Assembly (NCBI GenBank): GCA_964493435.1
Contig: CAZBMB010000004.1
Span: forward strand, 66,719-130,718
Source: an uncultured Dehalococcoidaceae bacterium
GTDB taxonomy: Bacteria > Chloroflexota > Dehalococcoidia > Dehalococcoidales > RBG-16-60-22
Length of the DNA stretch: 64,000 nt
Direction of reading: 5' to 3'
The translations under genes were made by a program, and so were the position numbers. This document shows positions 18,627-28,885 of this stretch, piece by piece (the stretch's first letter is position 1; every line of letters starts with the position of its first letter). A model generated the notes under the pieces. It saw nothing but the letters and a program-made list of their open reading frames with translations. It did no database searches and had not been told where the DNA came from.

Positions 18627-20114
18627 ATGAAGGGTACACCAACCAAGAACCCCCTGAAAATCACCGATTTAACTTTACGCGATGGGCACCAGTCCAACCT
18701 GGCAACTCGCATGCGAACCGAAGACATGCTGCCCATTGCCGAAGAGATGAATAAAGCCGGATTTTACTCCATGGAAGTCTGGGGCGGTGCCACATTTGAT
18801 GTTGCCTGCCGTTTCCTGAATGAAGACCCATGGGATAGACCACGTGCCCTGAAGAAGCTGATGCCAGATACACCCCTGCAGATGCTCCTCCGCGGACAGA
18901 ACCTCGTCGGTTATCGCAACTATGCCGACGACGTCGTCATCGCCTTTGTCAAGCACGCCGCGAAATGCGGCATAGACATCTTCCGCATTTTTGACGCTTT
19001 AAACGATGAGCGCAACCTGGAGACCTCCTGCAAGGCAGTGAAGGAATGTGGCAAACACGCCCAGCTATCTATCTGTTACTCCCTTACCGAGCCCAAAATG
19101 GGCGGGCCGGTTTTCAACCTGGACTATTATCTGGAAAAGGCGCGCCTCCTGGAAAAAATGGGCGCCGACAGCATCTGCATCAAGGACATGGCGGGACTGA
19201 TTGCCCCCGATGATGCTTTCACGCTCGTCTCCGCCCTGAAAAAAACGGTCAAAGTGCCCATTCTCCTGCACACCCACTACACCAGCGGCATGGGGGCAAT
19301 GTCCATGCTCAAGGCGGCGGAAGCAGGGGTGGATATGATTGACACCTGCGTGGCGCCCTTCGCACTGCGCACCTCGCACCCGGCGATAGAACCGATTATC
19401 GTGGCGCTATGGGGAACGCCCCGCGATACCGGCCTAGACCTGCACCATATGGTCAAGATAGGAGAATACCTTGAGGAAATCGCGCCGAAGTACCGTGATT
19501 TCCTGAACACCACGCGAATGTCCGTAATCGACATCAATGTCCTGGTGCACCAGACACCCGGCGGCATGATATCCAACCTGGTGTCGCAGCTCAGACAGTC
19601 CAACGCTCTGGACCGCCTTGACGAGGTCTACGAGGAAGTGCCCAAGGTAAGAAAGGAACTCGGCTACCCGCCGCTGGTCACCCCCACCAGCCAGATTGTC
19701 GGGGTACAGGCGGTACAGAACGTCCTTGCCGGGCGCTACAAGCTAGTCTCAACTCAGGTGATGGACTATTGCTACGGGCTCTACGGCCGACCGCCCGCGC
19801 CAATCGACCCCGAGGTGCAGAAGATGGTCCTCAAACATTACAAACGCGGCCAGGAGCCGATAACCAGTCGGCCTGCGGATACGATTGAGCCTGAGCTGGG
19901 CCAGGCAAGAGAACTGGTCAAAGACTTATCCAGCGATATTGGCGACGTGCTCATAGCCGCCATCTATCCCATTACCGGGCTGCGCTTCCTGAAGTGGAAA
20001 TACGGCAAGGAGGCACCGCCGCCCGAGGTCAAAGCCAGGACTCTTGAGGACGTAAAACGAGAGGACGAGCTCATCGCCAAGGCCAAAGCGGGAAAGCTGG
20101 TGGAGAAAGCATAG
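18627..20114 (+). CDS. carboxyltransferase (oxaloacetate decarboxylase alpha / transcarboxylase 5S-type) without a biotinyl domain
   Basis: The track ORF is 18549..20114. I prefer the ATG at 18627, which follows AGGAGG. Motifs ITDLTLRDGHQS and CIKDMAGL. The C-terminus ends ...KAKAGKLVEKA, with no A-M-K-M biotin attachment motif. Confidence 0.85.
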   Translation: MKGTPTKNPLKITDLTLRDGHQSNLATRMRTEDMLPIAEEMNKAGFYSMEVWGGATFDVACRFLNEDPWDRPRALKKLMPDTPLQMLLRGQNLVGYRNYADDVVIAFVKHAAKCGIDIFRIFDALNDERNLETSCKAVKECGKHAQLSICYSLTEPKMGGPVFNLDYYLEKARLLEKMGADSICIKDMAGLIAPDDAFTLVSALKKTVKVPILLHTHYTSGMGAMSMLKAAEAGVDMIDTCVAPFALRTSHPAIEPIIVALWGTPRDTGLDLHHMVKIGEYLEEIAPKYRDFLNTTRMSVIDINVLVHQTPGGMISNLVSQLRQSNALDRLDEVYEEVPKVRKELGYPPLVTPTSQIVGVQAVQNVLAGRYKLVSTQVMDYCYGLYGRPPAPIDPEVQKMVLKHYKRGQEPITSRPADTIEPELGQARELVKDLSSDIGDVLIAAIYPITGLRFLKWKYGKEAPPPEVKARTLEDVKREDELIAKAKAGKLVEKA

Positions 20115-20139
20115 CCTTAATTCCGCGATTTAAGTACCC

Positions 20140-21246
20140 TCAGTCCTGCCGCAGGCATTTTGGCGCGACCTTATAATACTCGTTCCGGCACGGCGTACCC
20201 TCGGTCAGATAAAAGATTCGCGCCGTCAGATCCATTATAGCTGAAGACAGCGTGGCCAAGTGCCGCGGCTCCTCTTCCCTGGCATCAACATGCCGGCAGA
20301 TAGAATTGGGGTAACTGAAATGGTCGCGGAGCACGCGCTGAAAGCTGCCAACATCAATCTCTCCCCGATCCACCTCGATAAGACGTCGCGCCCGCTGCGC
20401 ACGGAACAGGGTATCGGGGGCGGTGGCCTTGAAGACATCGACCATATCGGGGCGGTTATTAAGCGCGATGAAATGATTGCTGTGGGTAAGAACGCCGCCC
20501 TCGGGATGCAGGAAACCTACGTCCAGCGGTGATACCTCCAGGTCTATCGCCTCGCCGTCAGCGTGAGCGATGAGGAGATTGAACGACACCGTCACCCTGG
20601 CGTTAAGAACGACTTTTATGGCCCGACTCAAGCTATCGGCATTCAGTATGGCACGCGCTACGATAAGGAAAGGCGTGGTGGCCTCAAACCTGTCACGACT
20701 GGACACCAGGGCGTTGAGACAGACCCCCAGCCCCACCGAGTTCATACCCTTGTGGGCTATGGTACCCGCTTCCGCATGCATCACGATGTTCGGGCCGTTT
20801 TCTCTCTCAATCTCCAGGATGACACTCAACCCCTGGAACCTTTCCTTGTAATCCCAGTTCTGCCCCAGTATGGTATGACCGTTACCGGTTACTCCGGGCA
20901 TGGCGGCTATTGATGTGCAGCCACCTCCTGTCCCGGCCACCGCGCTCTGGGCGAACACCATCTCGTAGCGGGCGTTCAGCGCCACGATTTCTTCCAGTGA
21001 CAGGCCTGCCCCCTTGGCAATTCCCTGTATTTCTTCCATTATCTCGGCGTCATATTCGCCGATAACCGGCACCAGACCGGCACATTGTTTCAGCACCTCC
21101 GGGCGCTTGGCGCCCCATAACGAGCCCCACAGGCTAAAATACAGCTCCAGGTTTTTCTGTATCAGTCTCCGTGCCTGCGAACCATACTGCTTGCCACGCT
21201 CAAATGGTTTTCCCTTTAATGAAATAATCGGCACCTGCGGTTTCAT
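20140..21246 (-). CDS. C45-family (acyl-CoA:6-APA acyltransferase-like) autoproteolytic hydrolase/acyltransferase
   Basis: The track ORF is 20140..21270. I prefer MKPQVPI..., which follows AAGGAGG. GGGCTSIAA fits the Gly-Cys self-cleavage/nucleophile site. Confidence 0.7.
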   Translation of the reverse strand: MKPQVPIISLKGKPFERGKQYGSQARRLIQKNLELYFSLWGSLWGAKRPEVLKQCAGLVPVIGEYDAEIMEEIQGIAKGAGLSLEEIVALNARYEMVFAQSAVAGTGGGCTSIAAMPGVTGNGHTILGQNWDYKERFQGLSVILEIERENGPNIVMHAEAGTIAHKGMNSVGLGVCLNALVSSRDRFEATTPFLIVARAILNADSLSRAIKVVLNARVTVSFNLLIAHADGEAIDLEVSPLDVGFLHPEGGVLTHSNHFIALNNRPDMVDVFKATAPDTLFRAQRARRLIEVDRGEIDVGSFQRVLRDHFSYPNSICRHVDAREEEPRHLATLSSAIMDLTARIFYLTEGTPCRNEYYKVAPKCLRQD

Positions 21247-21406
21247 CGGCAGCCTCCTTGTCACCAGCAATTCAAATCGCTTTGCGCTAACATAAGTCTA
21301 ATTTCATCCCTGCCCGCACGTCAAGCGAAACGATTACAGGCTATTCTTTCCTGACCAGTTCGGTGTATAATGGGGCAACAGGACATGGGAAAGTGAGGTC
21401 TCAGCT

Positions 21407-21886
21407 ATGTGGAAAAAGGCCATCATCGCTGTCATTCTACTTGCCTTTCTCCTTCCCTTCTCAGGCTGTGAGGAAATATCCGATTTAACTCAAGGAGCGT
21501 CCACATCCTCATCCCAGGGTAATCTCAAGATAGTGAAATCAGTGGAGCTCGGCTCCGCATGGCAGATGAAACAGATAAGCTTCAGGGTGGATGCAGGGCA
21601 GGAAGTGGCTATACTGCTCAAGCTTTCCGATGGTGACAAGATGGACGGCTTTTTCCATCTGGAGAAGGGCGACACCGTAGATTTCCGCATCACCGCCAAG
21701 TCGCAGCTGTTCCGCTCAAACGAAGCCAATCGCTTTTCTTTCACCGCCAGTCAGGCACAGGGCGATACCTACACCCTGCTCTTCCGCAACACCGCTGAAG
21801 AGGATGAAAGCCAGAAGTCGATTACTGTCTTCCTGGAGGTGATTTACCCGCTTAAGGGTGAAATCTACGTGCCGGTGGCGGATTGA
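21407..21886 (+). CDS. hypothetical lipoprotein
   Basis: 159 aa. Signal peptide with the lipobox LLPFSGC. The remainder looks beta-rich. No family recognised. Confidence 0.6.
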   Translation: MWKKAIIAVILLAFLLPFSGCEEISDLTQGASTSSSQGNLKIVKSVELGSAWQMKQISFRVDAGQEVAILLKLSDGDKMDGFFHLEKGDTVDFRITAKSQLFRSNEANRFSFTASQAQGDTYTLLFRNTAEEDESQKSITVFLEVIYPLKGEIYVPVAD

Positions 21887-21960
21887 TTTTGCGGGGCTGA
21901 GATATCGGGCTTCTGTCTTCACAAAACTGCCGACTTTTGCTAGAATTGGCTGTTGTCAAA

Positions 21961-24900
21961 ATGAAACATTCGCTGGGAATAGACATCGGCTCGGTTAACG
22001 CCAAGCTATGCCTTATTGATGACCGTAACCGAATCGTCCGACTTGATAACGAAAGAATAACCACCAACCCCAAGGCAGCCATCAACGCGCTGCTTTCAAG
22101 GCTCGGTAAGGTGGCGCCGCTGGACTGCATCGGTGGCGCCGGCGTTTCCGGTTCCGGTAGAGCTGCCATCCCCGGAGAATTCAACTGGGCTGAATACAGC
22201 AGCTCGCTGGCAATCGCCTCTGGATTGCTCAGTTTGTTCCCCGAGGTGAAGACCATAATCCAGATTGGCGGCCAGACTTCCACGGTCATCGTCCTGGAAG
22301 ACGGCCTGAAAAAACCGTGGAAGGTTTCTTCAAACCCGCTCTGCGCCGCGGGAACGGGGCGATTTCTGGAGCAGCAGGCATACCGACTCGGCATAAGCCT
22401 TGAGGATTTCTCACGTCTCGCTCTTAAGTGCCAGGGCGACCCGCCCCGCATCGCCGCCCGGTGCAGCGTCTTTGCTAAAAGCGACCTCATTCACCTGCAG
22501 CAGAAAGGTGTCTCCGTGGAAGCCATGCTCTATGCCCTATGCGAGAGCATCGCCCGGATGGTGGCTTCACTGAAGAAAGGCACCTTTGAAAAACCTGTCT
22601 ACTTTGTCGGTGGGGTGGCGGCCAACAGCGCCATTGTCCGGGCACTCAATGAGACGATTTCGGAGAGAAACGGCCATGAGGTTAAGGTCATCGTGCCGGA
22701 GGATTACCAGTATGTTGAGGCGCTCGGGGCCGCCCTGCTGGCGAAGGAAAAGGATTCCAGAGTCTGCCTGCTTCCTGAAGCTGATGCCCGCCAGGACTAT
22801 TTTGAAATGCCCGGGCTGGGAAAAGTGGCCGTTCCGGGCAACGGCGCCAGCCTGAAAATCACCGGACCATGCCCCGGCTACCTGGGCGTTGACGTCGGCT
22901 CCACGAGCACCAAGGCAGTAATACTGGATGAGTCAGGCACCGAGGTGCTCGCCAAAAACTACCTGATGACCGCCGGCCGACCCATTGATGCGGTAAAGCA
23001 GGTCTTCCGCAACCTGCTTCTTGACGGTGCGTCCAATATCAGGATTGCCGGCGTGGGCGTCACCGGCTCCGGCAGATATCTGGTGGGCAGCTTCATCGGC
23101 GCCGACCTCATCAAGAACGAAATCACCGCCCAGACCAGGGCGGCTGTTGAGATAGACCCGGAGGCCGATATCATAGAGATTGGCGGACAGGACTCCAAGC
23201 TGGTCATCAAGCGCAATGGCGTGGTGGTTGACTACCAGATGAACAAAGCCTGCGCCGCGGGCACCGGCAGTTTTATTGACGAGCTGGCGGAAATGCTCGA
23301 TATCTCGGTGCACAACGGCGAGTTCGCCAGCCTGTCTTTCGACGCCCCGCATACCATTGACCTGGGGACAAGGTGTGCCGCTTTCATGGGACAGGCGGTG
23401 GCCTCCGCCCAGCAGGAGGGAGTCCCCCTTGAAATCATCACCGCCAGCCTGGCCAATTCCATCGCCAAGAACTACCTCTCCAAGGTGGTGGGACACCGCA
23501 AGCTCGGCGGGAAGGTCATCCTCACCGGCGCCGTTTTTTACAATCAGGCAGTGGTGTCCGCTTTCCATCAGCAGCTTGAGGGCAAAACGCTGACCGTGGC
23601 CGAGCACCGCGAGGTGAGTGGCGCCATTGGCACCGCCCTGCTCGCCAGGGAAGAGATGAACGGCCGGAAGTCAACCTTCAAGGGATTTCAAGAAGTGGTT
23701 GATGGGGAGTGCAAGCTCTCCACCTTTACCTGTCAGGGATGCGATAACAACTGCACCATCACCCGCATGCAGCTGGCCGATGAGAAAGCCACTTTCTATG
23801 GCAGCCGCTGCGACCGCTATGACAGCGCCACCAGCCACGCTCGCCAACAAACGGCCTTTGATGAGCGCGAGAAACTGCTCTTCCGCGATTATAAAGAGGC
23901 TGCGGGCACTGGCCCCGTTGTGGGCATCCCCCGCGCCCTTCTGGCCTATGATTATGCGCCGCTTTTTATTGGCTTCCTGAATGAGCTTGGGGTGAGAGTC
24001 GTCCTGTCAACAAAGACGACCAAGGAAATCATGGAAAAGGCGGCTGAGCTGAGCTATACTGACAGCTGCTTCCCGGTCAAGTTGCTGCACGGGCATATCG
24101 CCGCCATCAAGGATAATGTTGATTATATCCTGTACCCCTGTTTCCTCCGCCTGGATAACAAAGAAGGTGCCGAGAATCAGAAGTATGCCTGCCCGCTGAT
24201 CCAGGCATCACCGTTCATCGTGCGCCATGTGCTCGACCTCGGCGACCGCCTACTGACACCGATTATTGATTTCAGCCTGGGCGACGAGGAAACGGTGAAG
24301 AACCTCGCCGCAGTGGCCACGAAGCTTGGTTTCAGCCGCAAGCAAGGTAAAGAGGCCGCCCTTGCCGGCATCAGGGCGCAGCGCAAGTTCACCACCGATT
24401 GCCTGGCAATGGGTAAAAAGCTGCTCAAGCAGCTTCACGAAAGCGACCAGCTGGGCGTGGTGCTTTTCTCTCGCGCCTACATGTCACAGGACTCGGGGGC
24501 CAATCTGGGCATCGCCGAAAAGCTGGCCCAGCTCGGCGTGGTGCCCGTACCGCTCGACTTCCTGCCTCTGGAAGCCATCAACCCCAAATCGTACTCTGAC
24601 CGCCCCTACTGGTTTTACGAGAGCAAATTCATCGCCGGCGGTGACATAACGGTCAAAGACCAGCCACTTTACGGGCTGGCCATCACCAACTTCGGCTGCG
24701 GCCCCAATTCCTTCATGCTGAACATGCTGGCCGACATTATGGGGGGCAAGCCGCTGGGTGAACTGGAAATCGACGAACATGCCGCCGAGGCGGGCATCGT
24801 TACCCGACTTGAAGCCTACGTGGACACGATTAAAAGCTATGCCCAGTCCACAAAGCATTTACCGGAGACAGGCCGATACGTTTACCGCGGCGCCTCAGCC

Positions 24901-26094
24901 ATTATCAACCCGCAGAAGACGCTGCTCCTGCCCAGAATGTGCCCCCATGCCGACGTCATCGCTGAGGCAGTCAATGCTTTTGGCGCGCGCGCCATTGTGC
25001 TGCCTGAACCCGACGAACGCACCCTCCTCCTGAGCAACCAGGTGACGTCAGGTACGGAATGCCTCCCCTATCGCGTCACCCTGGGCGATTTTATGAAGTT
25101 CTGCCACGACTGCGGCGACAACCTGAAAAATTACGAGGGATTCATGGCCGGCGCTTATGGGCCATGCCGGCTGGGCAAATATGTGGTCGAGCAGGGCCGA
25201 ATACTCAAGGAACTCGGCTTCGACCTGCCGATGATAGCCTCCGTCTCCAATAACGCCTACCGCGACCTTAACCTCGCCCCGGGCTTTACCCGCCTTGCCT
25301 GGAATGCAATCGCGGCCGTAGATGGTCTGCAGCGGCTCCTCTGGCGCACCCGTCCCTATGAAAAGGAAAAAGGGGCCGCCGAAGCCCTGTTCGATGAATT
25401 CCTGAAACGGATTGCGGAGCGGGTGCGCCGCCGGGAACCTTTCTACGACGTACTACAACAGGCAACGGCAGCGTTTCAGTCGCTCATTGACCCGGAACTG
25501 CCGTCGCGACCGCTCGTCGGCATCAACGGCGAGATATACCTGCGCTCCAACCGTTTCAGCAACCGCGACCTGGTAAAAGAATGCGAGGAGGCGGGGCTTG
25601 AAGTCATCGTCTCCCCCGTCGGCGAGTGGATGAAGTACACCGCGCACCGCAACCTTGAGGATGCCGTGAAAGACCGCAATTTCCGGAAAATACTGTCCAG
25701 CTACCTGAAGAAACTGATACAGGAACGGGATGAGCACCGGGTCGCCGACTACTACCATGAGTTGCTCAACGGCAGAGAGCCTTCCACGGCGGCCATACTG
25801 GCCAAGTCAGACATGTATCTGTCCCCTCGCTGCGGCAGCGAGGCCGTCCTCAGCATCGGCAGCGGCGTGGAGTGGATGGAATCACCGGTATTCGCCGGTG
25901 TAATCTCGGTAATGCCCCACGGCTGTATGCCCGGCGGCATAGTGGCCGCCATGGCGGAGAGGTTCAGCGCTACCTACCAGAAGCCCTGGATAAGCCTCAC
26001 CTACGACGGTTTCCTGGAGACCAACAACGCCGCCCGAATCAGCAATTTCGCCGAGCTGCTAAAATTCTGCCGTCAGGAAGCCATAACTACCTAG
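21961..26094 (+). CDS. fused tandem BcrAD/BadFG/HgdC-type ATPase (activase) plus two DUF2229/dehydratase-like domains
   Basis: The track ORF is 21937..26094 (1385 aa); the ATG at 21961 gives MKHSLGIDIGS. There are two complete actin-fold ATPase modules: LGIDIGSVNAKL...QIGGQTS...CAAGTGRFLE and YLGVDVGSTSTKAV...EIGGQDSKL...CAAGTGSFIDE. These are followed by CQGCDNNC, GIPRALLAYDYAPLFIGFLNELGVRVV and VGINGEIYLRSN. Confidence 0.85.
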   Translation: MKHSLGIDIGSVNAKLCLIDDRNRIVRLDNERITTNPKAAINALLSRLGKVAPLDCIGGAGVSGSGRAAIPGEFNWAEYSSSLAIASGLLSLFPEVKTIIQIGGQTSTVIVLEDGLKKPWKVSSNPLCAAGTGRFLEQQAYRLGISLEDFSRLALKCQGDPPRIAARCSVFAKSDLIHLQQKGVSVEAMLYALCESIARMVASLKKGTFEKPVYFVGGVAANSAIVRALNETISERNGHEVKVIVPEDYQYVEALGAALLAKEKDSRVCLLPEADARQDYFEMPGLGKVAVPGNGASLKITGPCPGYLGVDVGSTSTKAVILDESGTEVLAKNYLMTAGRPIDAVKQVFRNLLLDGASNIRIAGVGVTGSGRYLVGSFIGADLIKNEITAQTRAAVEIDPEADIIEIGGQDSKLVIKRNGVVVDYQMNKACAAGTGSFIDELAEMLDISVHNGEFASLSFDAPHTIDLGTRCAAFMGQAVASAQQEGVPLEIITASLANSIAKNYLSKVVGHRKLGGKVILTGAVFYNQAVVSAFHQQLEGKTLTVAEHREVSGAIGTALLAREEMNGRKSTFKGFQEVVDGECKLSTFTCQGCDNNCTITRMQLADEKATFYGSRCDRYDSATSHARQQTAFDEREKLLFRDYKEAAGTGPVVGIPRALLAYDYAPLFIGFLNELGVRVVLSTKTTKEIMEKAAELSYTDSCFPVKLLHGHIAAIKDNVDYILYPCFLRLDNKEGAENQKYACPLIQASPFIVRHVLDLGDRLLTPIIDFSLGDEETVKNLAAVATKLGFSRKQGKEAALAGIRAQRKFTTDCLAMGKKLLKQLHESDQLGVVLFSRAYMSQDSGANLGIAEKLAQLGVVPVPLDFLPLEAINPKSYSDRPYWFYESKFIAGGDITVKDQPLYGLAITNFGCGPNSFMLNMLADIMGGKPLGELEIDEHAAEAGIVTRLEAYVDTIKSYAQSTKHLPETGRYVYRGASAIINPQKTLLLPRMCPHADVIAEAVNAFGARAIVLPEPDERTLLLSNQVTSGTECLPYRVTLGDFMKFCHDCGDNLKNYEGFMAGAYGPCRLGKYVVEQGRILKELGFDLPMIASVSNNAYRDLNLAPGFTRLAWNAIAAVDGLQRLLWRTRPYEKEKGAAEALFDEFLKRIAERVRRREPFYDVLQQATAAFQSLIDPELPSRPLVGINGEIYLRSNRFSNRDLVKECEEAGLEVIVSPVGEWMKYTAHRNLEDAVKDRNFRKILSSYLKKLIQERDEHRVADYYHELLNGREPSTAAILAKSDMYLSPRCGSEAVLSIGSGVEWMESPVFAGVISVMPHGCMPGGIVAAMAERFSATYQKPWISLTYDGFLETNNAARISNFAELLKFCRQEAITT

Positions 26095-26095
26095 C

Positions 26096-28810
26096 ATGAA
26101 TGCGCAATGGCATAAACTCCCCATCAGTGAAACTCTGGAGGCACTTGGTTCCCGACGTTCCGGGCTTGCCGTCAGCGAGGCTGCGGCCCGTCTGCTGCAG
26201 TATGGCCCTAACGAGCTGAAGGGCAAGAAGAAGACACCGCCATTAGTCGTTTTCTTGAGGCAGTTCCTCAGCCCGCTGATTTACGTCCTGCTGGTCGCCG
26301 CTGTCATCTCCCTCATCGTCGAGCACTTTATTGATGCCGGCGTAATCCTCGGTGTGCTGGTACTCAATGCCGCCATCGGCTTTATACAGGAGACCCGCGC
26401 CGAGAAAGCGATGGAGGCGCTTATCCAGATGGCAGCGCCCAGAGCACGTGTCCGGCGTGATGGCGACATAAAGCTGATCCCCGCCCGCGAGGTTGTTCCC
26501 GGCGATATCGTGCTGCTGGAAACGGGCGACCGCGTCCCAGCCGACGCCAGGCTAATTGAGGTCTCCAACCTGAAGATAAATGAAGCCATGCTCACCGGCG
26601 AGTCCATGCCGGTTGATAAGCATACTGATACCATCAATGAAGACGTACCGCTGGCGGAGAGAAAGAACGTCGTCCATATGGGCACCATTGTCAGTTACGG
26701 TCGGGCCACGGCGATTGTCGTTAGAACTGGCATGGCAACTGACATCGGCCAGATAGCTTCCGCCATTCAGGAAATCAAGCCGGAGAAGACACCTCTTCAG
26801 AAAAATATCAGCCGGCTAAGCCGATATCTGGTCGTTCTTTTCCTCAGCATTTGTGCCCTGCTGGTGGCGGTCGGGCTGCTCAAGGGCCTGGATAAACTGG
26901 AGGTATTCCTGCTGGCCGTGGCGGCCGCCGTTTCCGCCATACCGGAAGGTCTGCCCGCCGTGGTGACCGTGGTTCTGGCGATGGGCATGCGCATCATGGC
27001 CCGACGTAATGCCATCATCCGTAAACTGGTGGCCGTGGAAACCCTCGGCTCAGCGACGGTCATCTGCTCGGATAAAACCGGGACACTTACGCTCAACGAG
27101 ATGACCGTGCAGCGTCTTTTTATAGACGGCCAGTGGATTGAGGTAACCGGCGAAGGCTACATCCCGCAGGGTGAGTTCCGCCGCGACGGGCGGCCTGTTG
27201 ACCCGCAAAACGAGCCCTCGCTCAACTTGATGCTTCGCATAGGTGCTCTCTGCAACGATTCCTTTCTGACCGAGCGGGATAACAAAGAGTGCTGTGATAT
27301 TTATGGCGACCCGACGGAAGGGGCGCTGCTCGTGGCGGCCACCAAAGCGGGCATGAACAAGGAGAAGCTGGAAAAAGACTTCCCCCGCCTGGACGAGATA
27401 CCTTTTCAGAGCGAAAAGCAGTACATGGCCACCCTTCACCCACGCGATGGCGGCAGAGTGGCTTATGTCAAAGGGTCGGTGGAAAAGATATTGGCGCTCA
27501 GCAAGTTTAAACTTCATGGCGAACAGGTTGTCCCCCTCACCGAAAAAGACGCCGATGCCATAATGCAGGCCAACACCGATATGGCCAGTCAGGCGCTGAG
27601 GGTCATTGCCATCGCCTATGCTGAGCACCCGGCAGAGCTTGAGGATTTGAAAGATGAACATATCAGAGGCAACCTGGTATTTGTCGGTCTGGCGGGCATG
27701 GCTGACCAGCCCCGGGAAGAGGCCAGGGAAGCGGTGCAACTGTGCCAGCAGGCGGGTATAAAAGTGGTGATGATTACCGGCGACCACAAGATTACCGCCG
27801 AGTCAATTGCCCGCCAGCTTGACCTGCCAGCAGGAAAAACGGTAACCGGCCTGGAACTGCAGCAGATGACCGATGAGGAACTGTATGCGCAGGTGGAAGA
27901 CATCTCCGTCTTCGCCCGCATTGAGCCGCTGCACAAACTCCGCATTGTTAACGCCCTGAAGAGCCACGGCCATGTGGTGGCCATGACCGGTGACGGTGTG
28001 AATGATGCGCCGGCGTTGAAAGCCGCCAGTATCGGCATTGCCATGGGCATCACCGGCACTGACGTTGCCAAAGAAGGCTCTGACATGGTACTCGCCGATG
28101 ATAATTTCGCCTCGGTGGTGGCGGCGGTTGAGGAAGGCAGGGTCATCTTTAACCGGCTGCGCAATGTGCTATTTTTCCTGTTGAGTACCAACCTTGGCGA
28201 GCTCCTGGCCCTGGCTCTGGCACTCCTCTTCGTGGGTAAAGCGCCACTCCTAGCGGTTCAGATTATCTGGATTAATCTGGTCACAGATACCACGGCGGCG
28301 GTGCCTCTGGGATTGGAACCGAAGGTCGGTGATGAACTGAAACAGCCACCCCGCCACCCGAGAGTGGGCATAGTCTTTCCCGGGCTGCTTCTCCGCATCA
28401 TCTTTATGGCCGCATTTATGGGCGTCGGCGTATTCCTTATCTTCCGCTGGGCAGAGCCCAGAATGAGCATAGAGGAAGCGCGCACCATCACCTTCTGCAC
28501 CATGGTTGCCTTCGAGTGGTTCCGCGCCTTCAATGCGCGCTCGGACGAGTATACCATCTTGCGACTGGGTATCTTCCGCAACCGCTGGCTCCTCTTAGCC
28601 ATTGCGGGCGCCATAGCTCTGCAGCTGATTGCCGTCTACGCGCCTTTCATGCAGGTAGCCTTCCGTACGGTATCCCTCACTGCTGAGAAATGGGGTATAG
28701 CTCTCCTCGCCGGGGGCTCATTATTCATCATTGAGGAAACCAGAAAAGCGCTTTTCCCCAAGCTATTCAGCCTGGGCAGGTGGCGACCATTAAAGGAACT
28801 TAACGCCTGA
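26096..28810 (+). CDS. P-type cation-transporting ATPase, P2 (Ca2+-type)
   Basis: 904 aa. Motifs TGES (LTGESMPV), IPEGLPAVV, CSDKTGTLT and MTGDGVNDAPALK. The ATG lies 1 nt after the stop of the upstream gene. Confidence 0.9.
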   Translation: MNAQWHKLPISETLEALGSRRSGLAVSEAAARLLQYGPNELKGKKKTPPLVVFLRQFLSPLIYVLLVAAVISLIVEHFIDAGVILGVLVLNAAIGFIQETRAEKAMEALIQMAAPRARVRRDGDIKLIPAREVVPGDIVLLETGDRVPADARLIEVSNLKINEAMLTGESMPVDKHTDTINEDVPLAERKNVVHMGTIVSYGRATAIVVRTGMATDIGQIASAIQEIKPEKTPLQKNISRLSRYLVVLFLSICALLVAVGLLKGLDKLEVFLLAVAAAVSAIPEGLPAVVTVVLAMGMRIMARRNAIIRKLVAVETLGSATVICSDKTGTLTLNEMTVQRLFIDGQWIEVTGEGYIPQGEFRRDGRPVDPQNEPSLNLMLRIGALCNDSFLTERDNKECCDIYGDPTEGALLVAATKAGMNKEKLEKDFPRLDEIPFQSEKQYMATLHPRDGGRVAYVKGSVEKILALSKFKLHGEQVVPLTEKDADAIMQANTDMASQALRVIAIAYAEHPAELEDLKDEHIRGNLVFVGLAGMADQPREEAREAVQLCQQAGIKVVMITGDHKITAESIARQLDLPAGKTVTGLELQQMTDEELYAQVEDISVFARIEPLHKLRIVNALKSHGHVVAMTGDGVNDAPALKAASIGIAMGITGTDVAKEGSDMVLADDNFASVVAAVEEGRVIFNRLRNVLFFLLSTNLGELLALALALLFVGKAPLLAVQIIWINLVTDTTAAVPLGLEPKVGDELKQPPRHPRVGIVFPGLLLRIIFMAAFMGVGVFLIFRWAEPRMSIEEARTITFCTMVAFEWFRAFNARSDEYTILRLGIFRNRWLLLAIAGAIALQLIAVYAPFMQVAFRTVSLTAEKWGIALLAGGSLFIIEETRKALFPKLFSLGRWRPLKELNA

Positions 28811-28885
28811 CATTGAGCAGGGTAGAGTAAGCCATTACAGATTTCTGGTTGAACTTCCGGCCACTGAACCAGCAATTATGAAGAG

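Noticed and set aside
21852-23607. Minus-strand ORFs of 212 aa and 224 aa
   Set aside because: Both lie opposite the lipoprotein/activase-fusion genes, which carry strong ATPase motifs. They are shadow ORFs.
25900-26200. Idea that the activase fusion and the Ca2+-type ATPase form one functional system because of the 1-nt gap
   Set aside because: Tight spacing supports co-transcription only. I know of no mechanistic link between these families, so I report it as context and do not claim a system.
27050-28191. Minus-strand ORFs of 245 aa and 191 aa
   Set aside because: They are antisense to the P-type ATPase (DKTGTLT and GDGVNDAPAL are in the plus frame).
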